DNA from: Podarcis liolepis
Taxonomy: Eukaryota
Strand: one strand, 5' to 3'
Length of the DNA: 64,000 nt
Assembly (NCBI GenBank): GCA_965112155.1
Contig: OZ218113.1
In this document: piece after piece, positions 61,494 to 64,000 of the stretch
Layout: each line of letters opens with the position of its first letter
Position numbering within the stretch: position 1 is the stretch's first letter
Position numbers and translations under genes: made by a program
The notes under the pieces: model-generated
The model's database searches: none
Seen by the model: only the letters and a program-made list of their open reading frames with translations
Told to the model about the DNA's origin: nothing

Positions 61494-61658
61494 GGTGAAG
61501 AAGCTTGTCGCCGGATGAATGCAGACATTTACCTCGAGTGCTCCGCCAAGTTTCGTGAAAATGTTGAGGATGTTTTTAGAGAAACAGCTAACATTGCACT
61601 GAATGCTATCAAAAAGGCAAAGCGTCAGACAAAATCGAGGCCATGTGCCATATTATGA
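61494..61658 (+). CDS. RHOF: RHOF exon 5 (GEEACRRMNADIYLECSAKFRENVEDVFRETANIALNAIKKAKRQTKSRPCAIL*)
   Basis: 165 nt ending in TGA. Contains the G5 box ECSAK, a polybasic tail and CAAX CAIL (geranylgeranyl type). Total CDS 672 nt = 223 aa. Synteny with SETD1B supports RHOF over RHOD. Confidence 0.97.
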   Translation, partial: GEEACRRMNADIYLECSAKFRENVEDVFRETANIALNAIKKAKRQTKSRPCAIL

Positions 61659-62033
61659 TGTTATCTGGTATTTTCAGACAACAGAACACAAAAGACTGTT
61701 TCTTCAGTATTTTAAACCCTTCCCCCCTCACCTTTTAAATTGACTGCTCCTGTCTCTTTACTTGGAAATTAATGAGAAAATCAACTTGTTTTCATGCTGT
61801 AAGTTCTCCTTCTTGTTACACCTTCTTTTCTGAAGGTTGAGCTTTTAGCTAACTGTGGAACGAGCTCTTCTGTATATAGATTCTGGAAGAAATTTCCAGG
61901 GTGTTTCAAATGTACTTGTTGAGGAGCAATTAAGGTAAGGTATGTAGGTCCAACTTCTTGCCATTTTTAAATACACAAGTTCTTGCTTGCTTAAAAAAAA
62001 AGAGCAACCAAACAAAAACAAACTAGAAATAAT

Positions 62034-62152
62034 GGGTTGTAGCCATAAAAGTTCTACTCTGCACAGACCTACTGAAACTAATGGACCCAAGTTAGTCATG
62101 TGAATTAACTTCAATAGAGCTACTCTGAGCAGGACTAACATTGGCTACAACT
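62034..62152. repeat. Short palindromic MITE-like repeat in the RHOF 3' region
   Basis: GGGTTGTAGCCA ... TGGCTACAACTC ends with internal symmetry. A related copy lies at about 36640-36750. Confidence 0.6.
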
Positions 62153-63153
62153 CAGTCTCTGCTCTGATAAAACAGCTGTAACATTTGCAGAAGAAAACAG
62201 TTCATTTTCTACCCTTTTTGTGGCGGCAACATTAAAGGCACTGTGTTTTTTTCAGCGGCCACAACCCTACCTTGTGGCATATTGGAAACCCTTCAGAAGA
62301 AGCTGTAGCAAGATTCCAGCTATCAAAGAACCTATGTGGCTAAGTAACAGATTATTCAGGTCCAATGAATGCATTAGGACAGGTATGGAGATCCCGTGGC
62401 TCACCCCATAGGATACTCTTGCAATCCACCTTCTGTAAACCATAAATACTGATTTTTGAAATTGCTTTTGTTTATTTCACTCTACCTCAAATTTTGCCCT
62501 TCTAAATATACAGCGCTGCCTTAAGTTGAAAGCCAATTCAGATTCTTCACTCTCCCTTGGTTTCCTTCTTTTTCAAAAACTTTTAACTGGAATATGAAAT
62601 GGGGTTTTATACAATGTACCAACAAACAGTTGTATTAATCTGAAAGGCTGGTGGTGGTAGGGAGAAGAAACGAGTAAAGCTGTAGCAGGTGCGTTAGTTG
62701 ATATCCTGGATAAGATTATTGTGCCAGAGGGCAAAAGTCAGCCTCAGTTTATACCGTGTACAGGGAAGAGTTCGTTAAAAGATTTCAGTCAGAAGAATTC
62801 AGCTAATTATGTCTAGCAGGCATGAAAGAACAGGGAGTATTTGGGCTTCTTGCAATGGACAATGTTGCTTTTGGAGCAAAGAGTTATCAGAAGCTTCTCA
62901 GCAAAAGGCATAGGAAAATATTTTCCTGAATCAGCCTGTTGGTTGAAGGGGTTTCCAGGATTTTGTCTCTTGATGCTGCTTTCACCTGTCATTTCCAGAA
63001 TGCCAACCCCTAAGTGAAATACTTTTGTCACTGCATCCTATTTTGTTTTCACGGTACCCTCAAACACTCCTGTGGCCATGGCAGATCTCCCACTCCACGC
63101 GTGAACATCATTAATACAGAGCTCCTTGAAAACCAAAAGAATTGGAAGGGGCA

Positions 63154-63295
63154 GGAACATCGGAAGCTGCCTTCAACCAAAGCAGGCCCTGGAGCCATCT
63201 GAGCTCAGTACTGTTGACACTGACTGGCAGCAGCTCTCCAGGTTCCAGGCAAGGTTTTTCCCATCCCTATCTGGAGATACCAGGGGTTGACCTAG
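63154..63295 (+). mobile_element. Squamate SINE-like repeat
   Basis: GGAAGCTGCCTT...GACTGGCAGCAGCTCTCCAGG...CTGGAGATACCAGGGGTTGA. Related decayed copies lie at about 5210-5400 and 17940-18040. Confidence 0.55.
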
Positions 63296-64000
63296 CAGAG
63301 TAGATGGGTCTATATGTGGAGCAGGTAAACTGACTGCTTGCCATGAGCTTCTGAAATTAGGCCCAGTTCCCTACATGTGCGGACCGCTCAAGCCCCTAAA
63401 TATTTACTATCAGACTGTTCTGTCAATATTCTCCCCTCTCCAACTACTATACACCAGACACAGGTGACGGGCTCCTTAAGCCACCCACCTGGAAAAAGAG
63501 CGGCTCTTTGGTAGAGTTGATTCCCTTGGGATGTGGAGGGGGCACCGTCTTGTGGGCCTCCAGAAGTTGTGGACTCCAGCTCCCCTAAGCCCCAGCCAGC
63601 ATGATCAGTGGTCAGGTCTGATGGAAGCAGTAATAGGCAGAGAGGGTCATAGTTTTGCCACTCCTGCCTTCGAACAGCCACTCAGATAATGGCAGCCATG
63701 AAACAGCCATATGGGGGAGAGTAGATTGGGTGCAAGGGCCTCTGTAAACCCACGGGGAGAGTTAACAAACCTGGTCAGTGCCTCTGCTTATGTGGGACTG
63801 AACCAAGCCAATATTGCTGGCTCACAGTTCAAAAGATGTCTCCCATTAAAAACTGGCTGTCAACAACAACAGCAACACTGAAAAAAAGAATCCTGAGAAA
63901 ATGTCCTGGAGGAGGAAGCCTTCAGCTCTGCTACTGACCTGTTTCCTCTCCCCCACCTCCATCTACCTGCCTATTATTTAACCAGTGGCTTCTCATCCTG

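Noticed and set aside
51559-61658. Assignment to RHOD instead of RHOF
   Set aside because: [18 protein letters not shown] and SAKFRENVEDVFRE, plus adjacency to SETD1B, all indicate RHOF.
62231-62255. ATTAAA as the RHOF poly(A) signal
   Set aside because: Plausible, but the GU-rich tract is unusually close and nothing else in the sequence supports it, so the 3' end is left uncalled.

Overview
Vertebrate genomic DNA, most likely a squamate reptile such as a lacertid lizard. That is an inference from the repeat content: BovB/RTE, L2, CR1, Squam3-like SINEs and hAT/Tigger MITEs. The window holds two head-to-head genes. SETD1B (KMT2G, H3K4 methyltransferase) is on the minus strand: ten coding exons from the ATG at 31010 down to 1065, all GT-AG and phase-consistent. 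Its C-terminal N-SET/SET exons lie beyond the left edge. RHOF (Rif, Rho-family GTPase) is on the plus strand and complete: five coding exons at 51559-61658, 223 aa, ending in the CAAX motif CAIL. Between them is a CpG-rich region with almost no transposons (about 30.7-35.3 kb) carrying CCAAT and YY1-like motifs and plus-strand splice signals, at the position where human has LINC01089. The rest is intron or intergenic DNA dense in transposon remnants, including a Tc1 with long TIRs and many MITEs with intact TSDs. I see no convincing new gene family or novel system. The best leads are regulatory: (i) a layered 5' control region for SETD1B (two candidate first exons, tandem ATG-stop elements, an overlapping uORF and a 29-aa N-terminal extension); (ii) a duplicated fixed-spacing CCAAT plus CCATT promoter module; (iii) a candidate divergent lncRNA with a presequence-like small ORF; (iv) candidate intronic polyadenylation and poison-exon elements in SETD1B; and (v) unusual residues in RHOF. 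Comparisons to other species come from recall and need checking.
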